Positions 28,580-38,371 of a DNA stretch of 64,000 nucleotides are shown one piece after another. The stretch comes from Pseudomonadota bacterium (GTDB lineage Bacteria; Campylobacterota; Campylobacteria; Campylobacterales; Sulfurimonadaceae). How positions within the stretch are numbered: position 1 is the first letter of the stretch; each line of letters opens with the position of its first letter. A program made the translations under genes and the position numbers. Where the stretch lies: assembly GCA_043797085.1 (NCBI GenBank), contig JAZDQA010000010.1, positions 1-64,000 on the forward strand. The letters run 5' to 3'. Below the pieces are notes generated by a model. That model ran no database searches. It saw nothing but the letters and a program-made list of their open reading frames with translations, and was not told the origin of the DNA.

Positions 28580-28654
28580 GGCTCCATCATCTAATGGTTA
28601 GGATTTCAGATTTTCATTCTGGTCATAGGGGTTCAAATCCCCTTGGAGTCACCA
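28580..28654 (+). tRNA. tRNA-Glu(TTC)
   Basis: GGCTCCA/TGGAGTC acceptor stem, anticodon loop ttTTCat, GGTTCAAATCC, CCA end; 75 nt. Confidence 0.95.
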
Positions 28655-28783
28655 TAACGCTTTTTTCCTCTTTTTTTCTTTCAATATTTTTAACATCTTT
28701 TTTATCTAAGCTACTCTATCATTTCGCTAATTAAACATCTGTAAGGATTTCCTACGCAATCACAAGACATTAAAATTATTTTT

Positions 28784-30082
28784 ATGAGCTTCGTCATTCT
28801 TATTGGCGTCGGTGCTTTTATGCTGATGCTTCCTTTTGCTCATAATGGTGAACTTTCCCTCGTTGATGCACTTTTCACTGCTACTTCTGCTGTTTGTGTT
28901 ACAGGATTGATTGTCAAAGACACTCCTGTTGATTTTACCTCATTTGGACATGTCATCATTCTCTCTCTCATACAAATAGGGGGGATAGGCTACATGACCG
29001 CTGTGACATTCATGGCACTTATGCGCCGTAAAAAACTCACCTACCGCGATCGGCTCATCCTCAAAGAATCTCTTAATTACCCCGGAATGAGCGGAATATT
29101 TCGCTTTTTAAAAATTGTTTTTGCGAGCATCATCATTATCGAAGTAGTCGGAGCTATTATTCTCTCTTTGCGCTTTTGGGCGGATATGCCACTGGATAAG
29201 GCTCTTTGGTTTGGGCTTTTTCACTCCATATCCGCGTTTAACAATGCCGGTTTTTCTCTTTTTAGTGACAACATGATGGGCTTTCGGGGGGATTTACTCA
29301 TCAACATTACAATACCTCTCTTGATCATTATCGGCGGATTGGGGTATTTAGTCCTTTTGGAGCTTTATAACTACCGTAAAAAATCACTGACACGTATCTC
29401 TACCCATACCAAACTGGTTTTATGGACATCGGGAATACTCATCTTAGGCGGTATGGCAATCATCCTCTCATTGGAGTGGAACAATCCAAAATCGTTCGGT
29501 TCGATGGACGCGTGGGAAAAAATTCTTGCCGCATGGTTTGCTTCGGTCAATTATCGTACTGCCGGGTTCAATAGTATCGATCTTTCGACCTTCAATGATT
29601 CCGATCTCTTTTTCGGAACCATTTTTATGATTGTCGGGGGAAGTCCGGGAGGAACCGCAGGGGGTATTAAAACTACCGTGCTCGCACTCTCGATCATTGG
29701 CGTATGGTTTACATTACGCGGTCAAAACAATCCTCATATTTTCCGTCGAAGTCTAATGCCGTATCAAATCAACAAAGCGTATGCCATTATTTTTATTGCT
29801 TCTTTTTATGTCCTTATCTCGACAGTCATTTTAAATGAAAGCGAGCATCTTCATTTTGTTCGAACCTTGTTTGAAACCTGCTCTGCTTTTGGTACGGTAG
29901 GACTCTCAACCGGCAATGGCGGAGTATTGAGCTATAGCGCACTCTTTAGTGATTTAGGCAAGGTGAATATCATTTTCTTGATGCTCATGGGGCGGATCGG
30001 TGTTTTTGCTTTCACCGTCGTTATTGTAGGTAAAGCAATACAAACACGTATTAAATACGCAGAAGGAAAGGTTGTACTATGA
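28784..30082 (+). CDS. Ktr/Trk potassium uptake membrane subunit (KtrB/TrkH family)
   Basis: ATSAVCVTGL, SAFNNAGF, RTAGF, SAFGTVGLS selectivity-filter motifs. True start may be at 28754 (ACG). Confidence 0.93.
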   Translation: MSFVILIGVGAFMLMLPFAHNGELSLVDALFTATSAVCVTGLIVKDTPVDFTSFGHVIILSLIQIGGIGYMTAVTFMALMRRKKLTYRDRLILKESLNYPGMSGIFRFLKIVFASIIIIEVVGAIILSLRFWADMPLDKALWFGLFHSISAFNNAGFSLFSDNMMGFRGDLLINITIPLLIIIGGLGYLVLLELYNYRKKSLTRISTHTKLVLWTSGILILGGMAIILSLEWNNPKSFGSMDAWEKILAAWFASVNYRTAGFNSIDLSTFNDSDLFFGTIFMIVGGSPGGTAGGIKTTVLALSIIGVWFTLRGQNNPHIFRRSLMPYQINKAYAIIFIASFYVLISTVILNESEHLHFVRTLFETCSAFGTVGLSTGNGGVLSYSALFSDLGKVNIIFLMLMGRIGVFAFTVVIVGKAIQTRIKYAEGKVVL

Positions 30083-30726
30083 CATATGTCGTTATTGGTT
30101 TAGGAAAGTTTGGATTTCATGTTGCCAAAGGATTGGCACAACAAGGTGAGACGGTTATCGCCATCGACCGAGATGAAGAAAAAATTCGCGATATTAGCGA
30201 ATACGTCCAAGATGCAATCGTGCTTGACTCATCCGATCCTCGTGCGTTGCGTGAAGCGGGGATTGCCGATGCAGAAGTTGCCATCGTCAGTATCGGGGAA
30301 CATCTCGAGGCCAGTATCCTTACAGTTATGGCGCTCAAAGAGATAGGTATCGAAACCATAGTAGCCAAAGCAATCACTGTCGTACATGGACAAATCCTAT
30401 CAAAACTAGGTGCCGCCAAAGTCATCTATCCTGAGATGGAATCCGCTAAAAAATTGGTCAAAAAAATTGTTACCAACATGCATTACGAAACGATTGACCT
30501 ATCCATCACAATGAAACTTGCCAAAATGACACTCCCCCCATTTTGGATAGGAACATCAATCCTCTCTCCTATATTTGAAGAAGAATACGAAGTCAAACCC
30601 GTAGCTTACAAACACCAAGGCGAGTGGCACACCTCATTTGAAAAAGATGATATCCTTGAAAAGGGAGATATCCTCGTTGTTCTAGGTAACAGCAACAATG
30701 TCGAAGCTCTCAGCAAAAAAGTATAA
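30079..30726 (+). CDS. Ktr/Trk NAD-binding RCK subunit (KtrA/TrkA family)
   Basis: VIGLGKFG, LGA.KVIYPE. Confidence 0.93.
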   Translation: MTYVVIGLGKFGFHVAKGLAQQGETVIAIDRDEEKIRDISEYVQDAIVLDSSDPRALREAGIADAEVAIVSIGEHLEASILTVMALKEIGIETIVAKAITVVHGQILSKLGAAKVIYPEMESAKKLVKKIVTNMHYETIDLSITMKLAKMTLPPFWIGTSILSPIFEEEYEVKPVAYKHQGEWHTSFEKDDILEKGDILVVLGNSNNVEALSKKV

Positions 30727-30804
30727 ACATTTTCGTTTTCATTTCGTTTCTTTTCTTTTGTTACAATAACAAATATAAAAATTCGTTAGTGTAAAGGATT
30801 CATC

Positions 30805-30960
30805 ATGAAAAACGCAGTTTTACTCTCTCTCGTCGTTTTCCTTGTTTCAGGCTGTTCAGCAACGTGGAGTGGCGTCAAAGAAGACACAAGCTCCGCAACC
30901 GACTGGAGTAAGAAAAAAGTAAATGACAGCGCAAGTTTTGTCAAAGAGAAGACAGAATAG
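30805..30960 (+). CDS. Small entericidin-like lipoprotein (51 aa, not in ORF track)
   Basis: SD aaagga; MKNAVLLSLVVFLVSGC-SATWSGVKEDT... with lipobox VSGC and T..G.KED pattern. Confidence 0.75.
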   Translation: MKNAVLLSLVVFLVSGCSATWSGVKEDTSSATDWSKKKVNDSASFVKEKTE

Positions 30961-30965
30961 CTTTT

Positions 30966-31355
30966 TTAAAAAGAGTGTTGCAAAGTCAAACCAACGTATT
31001 TTCCTTCCACAGGGGAATCGTTGATTACGGGTGCCAAAATATACTTATCGGTAATAAAAGCACCCACTGCTGAACCTGCTATGTGCATAGCAGCATCGAG
31101 GATTTGCCCTTTTGCGTCTCCGCGTATTGCAATCGTAATACTTTCATGTACAATCATCGCGACACTGCTGATACCAAAACCGATCATCCCTCTATTGTCT
31201 TTATATTCAGGATAATATCCATCTACAACCGCCGTAATGGCACCTGCTATAACAGCACCCCCTATAACATGGCTTGCTTCACTGTTAAAGCTGTCATTTG
31301 CCTGCAAGTGTATTACCATGAAGATAGTAATCAACAATAAAAATATTTTTTTCAT
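30966..31355 (-). CDS. Hypothetical secreted/membrane protein
   Basis: Signal peptide, hydrophobic Gly-rich helices, terminal Phe. Confidence 0.65.
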   Translation of the reverse strand: MKKIFLLLITIFMVIHLQANDSFNSEASHVIGGAVIAGAITAVVDGYYPEYKDNRGMIGFGISSVAMIVHESITIAIRGDAKGQILDAAMHIAGSAVGAFITDKYILAPVINDSPVEGKYVGLTLQHSF

Positions 31356-31455
31356 TTTTCCCTCTTATTGCATAAAATTCATTTCGATTATGTCTACACA
31401 TAATGAGATTAAAATAAGTATTCGTGCTACAATTTCAATATTAAAGGAATAAATT

Positions 31456-32196
31456 ATGCTTATTTTAATTGTTCTATTACTAAATATCAGTATTTTGTTC
31501 GCGCAAACGCAACCGCTGCAATGGGGCGAAAATGTCACGGGTGTAACAACAAGCTTTCACTCCGATAAGAAAGAAATCGCCCTAACCTTCGATGCGTGCG
31601 GCGGAAGCGTCAGAAGCTCTCAATACGATGCACAGCTAATCCAATTTTTAATCGACAATAGTATTCCCGCCACCCTTTTTATCAATGCACGATGGATTGA
31701 CAGCAATCTTGATATTTTTAAGATACTCGCTCATAATCCCCTGTTTGAAATCGCCAATCACGGAACCGCCCACAGACCGCTCTCAGTCGAGGGAAAAAGC
31801 ATCTATGGGCTTCAGGGAACGTCATCTTCCGATGAAGTGATCGCCGAAATCGAAAGAAATAATCAAAAAATAGAGAAACTAACCGGTAAGCGTCCCCTAT
31901 TTTTTCGCTCAGGAACTGCCTATTATGACGAAAATGCCGTTGCACTTGCACGCGAACACGGAATGGAAATCGGCGGTTTTTCGGTGCTTGGAGATGCGGG
32001 AGCTACCTTTAGTGCCCCCAAAGTAGCCAAACAACTTACCGGTGCACACGATGGGGATATTGTTCTTTTGCACATGAATCATCCTGAGAGTGGAACACGC
32101 GAGGGGATAATCGAGGGAATTAATGTGTTACTAAAAGAGGGATTTAGCTTTGTACGTTTGAGTGATGTGAAGAAAAATCTCGTAAGGATTCCTTAA
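31456..32196 (+). CDS. Polysaccharide deacetylase (NodB/CE4) family
   Basis: IALTFDAC, ATLF, EIANHGTAH, FFR, IVLLHM. Confidence 0.88.
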   Translation: MLILIVLLLNISILFAQTQPLQWGENVTGVTTSFHSDKKEIALTFDACGGSVRSSQYDAQLIQFLIDNSIPATLFINARWIDSNLDIFKILAHNPLFEIANHGTAHRPLSVEGKSIYGLQGTSSSDEVIAEIERNNQKIEKLTGKRPLFFRSGTAYYDENAVALAREHGMEIGGFSVLGDAGATFSAPKVAKQLTGAHDGDIVLLHMNHPESGTREGIIEGINVLLKEGFSFVRLSDVKKNLVRIP

Positions 32197-32599
32197 ACAT
32201 CACGATCCATACCCAGCCAAGCGCACATTCAAAGCTCGTAAATGCAACAAGCTTGACCATCGCAAAAAAATCAATTCCAAGTTCAACAAAAATGGGAGCA
32301 CTCTGATCTATCACAAAAAGTCCAAACAACAAATGGATAAAAAATTGTTTTTTCTTCTCCGTGATTGTAGAAATAAATCCTAAAAAATGGAGACTCCCCA
32401 TCAACGCTATCGAGATAAAAAGAGTATGGGGGGCAAGCGTTTCGATCAGACCATGCAGTGATTTTTCGCGATAGTAATGGGCGATATCATCAGGATTCCA
32501 GCCTGCGAGAACAATAAACAATGCACCGCCTAAAATGGACTGCAAAATCACCAAAGCAATGAAAAGCAAAGCTAAAAACCGTAAAAGTTGATGATGCAT
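32144..32599 (-). CDS. Hypothetical multi-TM membrane protein
   Basis: About four TMs with His residues; TAATG coupling to the upstream gene gives start 32599. Confidence 0.7.
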   Translation of the reverse strand: MHHQLLRFLALLFIALVILQSILGGALFIVLAGWNPDDIAHYYREKSLHGLIETLAPHTLFISIALMGSLHFLGFISTITEKKKQFFIHLLFGLFVIDQSAPIFVELGIDFFAMVKLVAFTSFECALGWVWIVMFKESLRDFSSHHSNVQS

Positions 32600-33078
32600 T
32601 AAAATCGTTTGCGTACTAATAAAATCAAAATATCCAATGCACTCCCGATCATCAACAGATGAAACAAGAGAAATCCGCTCCACGAGAGGAAGATTGTAAA
32701 ACTCCCTATCCACAACGACGCCATCAGTCCGATAGGATAAAGCAAAAGCGAAATCACGCTCACTAAAAGTATCGTTAATTTGAGTTCTTTAGATCTTGAC
32801 GACCGTATGTGCAGCGCATTCATCAAAATAAAAACAAGAATAAGTCCAAAAAGATCCGTGTGAAGCGAAAGCAACAAATCACTCAACAGCAGAGGTTCGA
32901 TAAATTCGACTTCATTGCCTAAAACCGTATTGACCCACATCGCAGGAGTTATTCCAAAATTAATCCCCTTGGCGACACCATTTAAGACCAAAGCAACGAT
33001 GAGAAAAATAACCATCCACAACACACTCATATAGAGTGCGCGATTATCGATAATTTTTTTTGAAACAATAAATTTCAT
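32599..33078 (-). CDS. Hypothetical four-TM membrane protein
   Basis: Hydrophobic helices with His (LHTDLFG, LFHLL). Confidence 0.75.
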   Translation of the reverse strand: MKFIVSKKIIDNRALYMSVLWMVIFLIVALVLNGVAKGINFGITPAMWVNTVLGNEVEFIEPLLLSDLLLSLHTDLFGLILVFILMNALHIRSSRSKELKLTILLVSVISLLLYPIGLMASLWIGSFTIFLSWSGFLLFHLLMIGSALDILILLVRKRF

Positions 33079-33081
33079 AAT

Positions 33082-33594
33082 TTAGGGCTTTACAATATCC
33101 AGCAACGCCAACGCCGCACGCGCCCCATCCGTAATCGCACGTGCTGAGAGGGTAGCACCCGTTGTCGTAGGAATGTCTTGATTGAGTTTGAGCGTATTGG
33201 CACTGCTTTTTTGATCAAACACATTGAGCCATGTGGCACTGGGGAGGTACTCGATAGGCTCATTAAAGGCAACGATTTCAATCGATTTAATTTTACCGTC
33301 TACTCCAATGAGATAGAGGGAAATTGCTGTTTTAGTACGAACTTTTTTATTCATCAAAACACCGTAACCTACCGTTTTATCACCGTTTTGTGCGAGGTAA
33401 AGTCGATACAGCTTGGAATCAATTTTTTGCATGGAGGCTTTGGAAAGTTCAGTAACTTGTGCATCACTAAGAATAATGTTTTGAATTTGCACCGATTTAG
33501 CGCTAAAAGTTCGCTGAGTCAGTGCGACAGGATCGCCCAATACTTGGGCGAATAGATACACAGATGCAAGAAGTGAAAGTACAATAATTTTCAT
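33082..33594 (-). CDS. Extracytoplasmic FMN-binding protein
   Basis: Signal peptide; FNEP.EY.P..W; flavinylation motif TGAT (PTTTGATLSARAI). Confidence 0.88.
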   Translation of the reverse strand: MKIIVLSLLASVYLFAQVLGDPVALTQRTFSAKSVQIQNIILSDAQVTELSKASMQKIDSKLYRLYLAQNGDKTVGYGVLMNKKVRTKTAISLYLIGVDGKIKSIEIVAFNEPIEYLPSATWLNVFDQKSSANTLKLNQDIPTTTGATLSARAITDGARAALALLDIVKP

Positions 33595-34891
33595 TAAAAG
33601 ATAAATCCTAGTCCAAGTGAGTAAATCCCCTCATTAACATACTTGGTTGCGTCAGCAGTGTTTTCATTGTGACGCAACATATACTCTGCTTTTAATACTA
33701 CCTGATCGTGTGGGAAGTAGTTCAAACCATACGTATAACTTTCCGTATTTCCAAACGATTTTCCATCTGCCATTGCAATAGCCAGATTGTAGTTTTCATA
33801 TTGGAAAAAGAGAGGTATTCTTTGACTCGATGAGGCAAAAAATGGTAGGATATTATACTCTAAATTGAGATAACCGCCACGTGCGCTCTCCGGCATATCG
33901 GTTCTGTATGAATCGGCATTGCTCAAATGACTTTCCGTATAAAGGGCTCGTGCTTTAAAGCCTTCATATTGAAAGGCAGCATGCAGATCAAACATGTTCA
34001 TTTGTCCCTCTTGCGATTTTCCTGCTACTTTAGCATTGCCCGCTTTGCCGGTATAACCACTGACTCCCACTTGTAAGCCGTTAATACCGTTGTAATCCAA
34101 GCGTGCGACAACCGCCATATTCTCCATGCCCGTATCCGCTTCTTACCCACACGAGCAGCACGAATCCAGTCTTTTCCGACCGCTTTGGCGTTATTCATAT
34201 CCAATGCACTAAATGCTCCGATTTGATACTCAAGAGTGTCGGTTTTGCCATACACACTAAGACCAAGCTCATGCCAAGTTGAAGGGATAAGTTGTCGTTC
34301 AACATCAGGGCGGATTACAGTGTTAAACAATGTCGGCTCATGATAAAGATTGACATAACCCATCGGAACGAGCTGATGACCCACACGAACGGTTGCCAGC
34401 GGATCGAGGATAAAATCCACATAAAGCTGCTCGATCGCCACTTCATTACCGTGTTCAAACTCAATTTCGGAGTTTAGGATAATATCATCACTAAATTTAT
34501 ATCCGATGTAAGGGATAAAGCGGTAGGTGTCACCATACGCATCTTTAGTATTTCCCACCCCAACACTGTCATTGTATTGTGAATAATACACTTCACCATA
34601 TCCACCGATCGAGAGAGGATTTTTAGAGTAATAGACTTTGGATGCCGCAGGGCTCATTCCTTGAATCGCTTTTTCAGGATCAATCGCCATAAATGACGTT
34701 TGATTTTGAACATTGATAAGCTCTGAGGTAAGGGCATTTGTTTGTTCCGCTTGTTTCCTCTCATTTGCTTCTAGCGTTGAGAGACGTTCGCTAAGAATTT
34801 TAAGCTGCATTTTTAGATCGCTGAGTTCATCAGCTCCCAGTGTAGTTGTGATAGCCATTGCAGCAACGGCACTTAAGAGGAGGTTTTTCAC
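33594..34891 (-). pseudogene. Outer-membrane porin split by a 1-nt frameshift (or sequencing error)
   Basis: N-part 34891 to ~34145 (signal peptide, coiled coil, SIGGYGE, EIEFEHG, IPSTWHE) continues in another frame (EADTGMENMAVVARLDY...LGLGFIF). One extra A at ~34143 restores a single ORF. Confidence 0.8.
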
Positions 34892-34961
34892 TTGGTATCC
34901 TTTTATGATAGTGATTATTAATAGCGAAAGTATAGAATAATAAACTGAAAACAATATTAAT

Positions 34962-34980
34962 AATGCAAATAATTATCATT
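34962..34980. promoter_or_regulatory. Fur-box-like site
   Basis: aatgcaaat-a-attatcatt versus aatgataat-n-attatcatt (2 mismatches); weaker box at 34904-34922. Confidence 0.65.
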
Positions 34981-35019
34981 TATGAAAATACCCACTCAAA
35001 TCATGTTAAACTTCGTGGT

Positions 35020-35964
35020 ATGAAAAAGCTACTCTTCTTTTGTTTATTAATCGGCTTATTGCATGCTTCCCAACGTACCCAAGTACACATGGGAACCCTC
35101 ATCCGCGTTGAAGTAGACGAGCAAAATCTGAGTGATGATGTTTTTGCCTTATTTAAAGATTTAGACAATCGCCTCTCGACGTACAAAAGTGATTCTGAAA
35201 TTTCACGTCTTAATCGTAATTATGAGATTAACGCATCCATAACTACCCAAAATATTTTGGAACGATCTTTGGAAATGTCTCAAATAAGCGATGGAGCATT
35301 TGACGTTACGGTAGGCTCTCTGACCCATGGAGCCTACCGTTTTGGGTACGATGATGAACACCTTCCCTCCCATTCAGAGCTTCAAAAATCAGGAAAGCGT
35401 GTAGGATCAAAACGAATAGTATTAGAGGAAAACAAGGTAAAAATTCTTCCCGAAACAATGATTGATTTGGGAGGAATAGCCAAAGGATACGCCGTTGATT
35501 TATCCTTGGAATTATTAGAGCGTCACCGTGTTAAAAAAGCGGTTGTCGCTGCATCGGGTGATATTGGCTGTTTAAGCTCGTGTGATGTTCAAATTCAAGA
35601 TCCGTTTCATCTCGATAGCTCTATTGCCCTCATCCGCTCTTCGTTACCACACCTTGCCATCAGTACCAGCGGTAATTATGAACGGTACATTAAAAACAAA
35701 ACTCATAACCACTTAATCAATCCAAAAACAGGACGCTCCGAACAACAATATGCTTCCATTACCCTCATCGATAGAGGAGACAATACCCGTATTGATGCAC
35801 TGGCAACCGCTGTTTCCGTAATGGAATCCAAAAAAGCCATAGCCCTTTTGGATTCTTTAAGCATTGGATATGTTTTAATCCATAATGATGGGTCGATAAT
35901 CAAAAGTACAATGCCCATGGGTGTCTCTGTAACTTTTGTTACTGACGCACTTCCATTGCAATAG
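35020..35964 (+). CDS. apbE: FAD:protein FMN transferase
   Basis: MGT, SEISRLN, GAFDVTVG, DLGGIAKGYAVD, STSGNYE, H.INPKTG, DALAT. Confidence 0.95.
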   Translation: MKKLLFFCLLIGLLHASQRTQVHMGTLIRVEVDEQNLSDDVFALFKDLDNRLSTYKSDSEISRLNRNYEINASITTQNILERSLEMSQISDGAFDVTVGSLTHGAYRFGYDDEHLPSHSELQKSGKRVGSKRIVLEENKVKILPETMIDLGGIAKGYAVDLSLELLERHRVKKAVVAASGDIGCLSSCDVQIQDPFHLDSSIALIRSSLPHLAISTSGNYERYIKNKTHNHLINPKTGRSEQQYASITLIDRGDNTRIDALATAVSVMESKKAIALLDSLSIGYVLIHNDGSIIKSTMPMGVSVTFVTDALPLQ

Positions 35965-36000
35965 CTATACTGTTAAAATATTTTTACCTAAGGATTGCCC

Positions 36001-36195
36001 ATGTGTCTCATTTTAACCTTCGCTTTTATCGTCGCAACCCTTTCATTTTTCACCCAAGGACTGCTTCCACATGCGATTATCAGTGGACTTCTCGCATCGA
36101 TTTCTCTTTTCTTTTTTATCCGAAAACTGATTTTTAACGGACGATGCATTTTTGGGAATGCAACCGATTGCAATGCACCTAAAAATTCAGAATAA
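36001..36195 (+). CDS. Small two-TM hypothetical protein with Cys
   Basis: SD aagga, two hydrophobic helices, C-terminal CIFG...C. Confidence 0.55.
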   Translation: MCLILTFAFIVATLSFFTQGLLPHAIISGLLASISLFFFIRKLIFNGRCIFGNATDCNAPKNSE

Positions 36196-36244
36196 GCTAT
36201 TACTCCTTCTGCTACAATAAATAAAATATGATTCTGGAGTGTTC

Positions 36245-36892
36245 ATGCGCAAATACGAAACCTACCGTTGTAATAGTTGCAAAAACGAAGTGGAAGTCCA
36301 AAACGTCGGAGGTGGAACCCTCACCTGCTGTGGTCATGATATGGAGATGATTACCGAATCACTCACCGCTGTAAATTTGATGAAAGCATTTGGCGGGGAG
36401 AGTATGGCACGAAACAAATACGAACTCTTTGCCGACATCGCCCATGATGAGGGGTGGCATGCAGTTGAGCGCCATTTTCGTGAAGCAGCATTTAACGAGA
36501 TGTATCATGCCCGCGCGCAATACAAAGCGTACCATAAACTCATCCACAACTGTGACGTCGATGCAACGATAGCCAATCTCGATACCGCAATGGCGGGAGA
36601 ACACTACGAACACGAAACCATGTATCCTGAGTTTTCCGAAATTGCCAAAGCCGAAGGACACAGTGATCTTGCTCGACTTTTCACTGCAATCGGTAAAGTT
36701 GAAGTGGAACACGAGCGTGAATATGCGGCTCTTAAAGAGGCATTAATTGCGGATGGATTTTTTGCCAGTGCGGAAGATGAAATTTGGATATGCGAAGTAT
36801 GCGGTCATGTCCACCGAGGTAAAAAAGCACCTGTTGCCTGTCCATTGTGCAAAGTAGGACGCGAATATTTCAAACGGGAATGTTTGAACTAA
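36245..36892 (+). CDS. Desulforubrerythrin (desulforedoxin-rubrerythrin-rubredoxin)
   Basis: YRCNSC...LTCCG, AFGGESMARNKY, E..H diiron motifs, WICEVCG...CPLC. Confidence 0.92.
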   Translation: MRKYETYRCNSCKNEVEVQNVGGGTLTCCGHDMEMITESLTAVNLMKAFGGESMARNKYELFADIAHDEGWHAVERHFREAAFNEMYHARAQYKAYHKLIHNCDVDATIANLDTAMAGEHYEHETMYPEFSEIAKAEGHSDLARLFTAIGKVEVEHEREYAALKEALIADGFFASAEDEIWICEVCGHVHRGKKAPVACPLCKVGREYFKRECLN

Positions 36893-36914
36893 CTGATCTG
36901 TCCATCTCTTATCC

Positions 36915-38111
36915 TTAAAAGTTATAGTTAAGACGTACAAGGAAACGGTCATACCCGCCGTCATCAGGTGTTCCGTTATTGTCAAATGTATTTTTGTTTT
37001 TATCATCGATCATCGCATAACTCACTTCAGCACTGAGCGCTTCGCTGATTTCATAGGCTGCGATGAGATCGATTTCTTTTACTTTCATATCCACAGGGGT
37101 GCTTTTGAAATCACCATAGAGGGCAGTAAACACTAACCCCTCTAATCCCATATCGGCTAAATCGAGTTCTACACTGAGTTGATACGCTTTGACATCTTCG
37201 AATCCATCGATCGTCATCTCTTCCATAGAGGTCATGTAGGGTCCGCCGCCGAAGCCGTTAGAAACTGATTTACCCTCATCATTGGAGGCTTTGTTATACG
37301 CTGCACCGAAAGTCAATGCACCTACGTTGAATGCCGCACCGATTCCGTAGACGTTGCCATCCATACCGCTTGCTTTCTTTTCAGAGAAATTCGCGTATTG
37401 AGTACTGAGTTCTAATCCCATCGTCTCAGAAAAAGGGATTATATAGACTGCATCTGCATACACAGCGTTAGAGAGTTCATCGATATTGTAGTACCATCCT
37501 TGAAGCGCTAGATTCTCTACACTCTCATTCACAACACCCACTACAACTGTACCGCTAGAGTTCTCTGTAAACTTTTTAAATTTTGAGATATCATCACCCG
37601 AATCGTATCCCGCCCAACGTTTTATATATCCGCCAAAAAGAGTTGTTCCTTCGATGCCGCTATACGTAGCGATTGCCGCTTCAAACGTGTTCGGATGCAT
37701 ACGGATATCATCGGTATCGGCGAACGGAGTATCAATTAGTTGACGACCGAGACGGAGATTAAAATCATTCATCGTGTAATCGAGATAGGCTTCACCTACA
37801 TACGCATACGATTTAGTATCTTCACCAAACAAATCAGGGTTTGCTTGAGCATCTTCAAATGAACCGGTTGCTCCGTGAATCTTTTGGCTCACATATGCCC
37901 CTACTCCCAGTTTCAATCCGTTCCAGTCTGCTGTTTCGTATTTCAAAACACCACCCAGCGAGGTTCCATAGGTATCGGTATCTACAGCATTATCTTGGTT
38001 TACGTACGCCGCACGGATTTGTCCGCTCGCTTTTCCCGCTAACAGCTCATCAATAGTTGACGCACTCAGAGCTACTACTGCCACCATACATAATACTATT
38101 GCTTTTTTCAT
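36915..38111 (-). CDS. OprD/major outer membrane porin family protein
   Basis: Signal peptide, GRQLIDTP..D.DDIRM.PNTFEA, C-terminal RLNYNF. Confidence 0.88.
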   Translation of the reverse strand: MKKAIVLCMVAVVALSASTIDELLAGKASGQIRAAYVNQDNAVDTDTYGTSLGGVLKYETADWNGLKLGVGAYVSQKIHGATGSFEDAQANPDLFGEDTKSYAYVGEAYLDYTMNDFNLRLGRQLIDTPFADTDDIRMHPNTFEAAIATYSGIEGTTLFGGYIKRWAGYDSGDDISKFKKFTENSSGTVVVGVVNESVENLALQGWYYNIDELSNAVYADAVYIIPFSETMGLELSTQYANFSEKKASGMDGNVYGIGAAFNVGALTFGAAYNKASNDEGKSVSNGFGGGPYMTSMEEMTIDGFEDVKAYQLSVELDLADMGLEGLVFTALYGDFKSTPVDMKVKEIDLIAAYEISEALSAEVSYAMIDDKNKNTFDNNGTPDDGGYDRFLVRLNYNF

Positions 38112-38204
38112 CTTTCTACTTCTCCTCATTATTAAACAAACAACACGTTTTATATTTTGATTCGCGTTATTAAAATACTTCAATATGATAGTAGCTATCA
38201 ACTT

Positions 38205-38251
38205 AACATACTCTTAATAATGATACTATTTATCATTATTAAGAGTATGTT
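38205..38251. promoter_or_regulatory. 47-bp perfect palindrome centred on a Fur-like box
   Basis: 21-bp arms aacatactcttaataatgata / tatcattattaagagtatgtt with 5-nt spacer; extra box tgatagtagctatca at 38186-38200. Confidence 0.75.
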
Positions 38252-38271
38252 GTTTGTTTCTTTTCTAACGA

Positions 38272-38297
38272 AGTTGAAGAATCATCCATCTTCAACT
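38272..38297. promoter_or_regulatory. Inverted repeat, possible metalloregulator (ArsR/SmtB-like) operator
   Basis: AGTTGAAGA-8nt-TCTTCAACT upstream of the metal permease. Confidence 0.45.
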
Positions 38298-38371
38298 CAT
38301 TAATTTCATAAGAAACAATTAAGTAAAAACACCTAGAATACGATAATAGTTATTGTTTTCAGGAGTAGTGT

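Noticed and set aside
28373..28594. 73-aa ORF in the track
   Set aside because: It overlaps the tRNA promoter and tRNA-Lys.
28484..28654. tRNA genes as an island integration site
   Set aside because: No integrase and no duplicated tRNA 3' end found by eye in the window.
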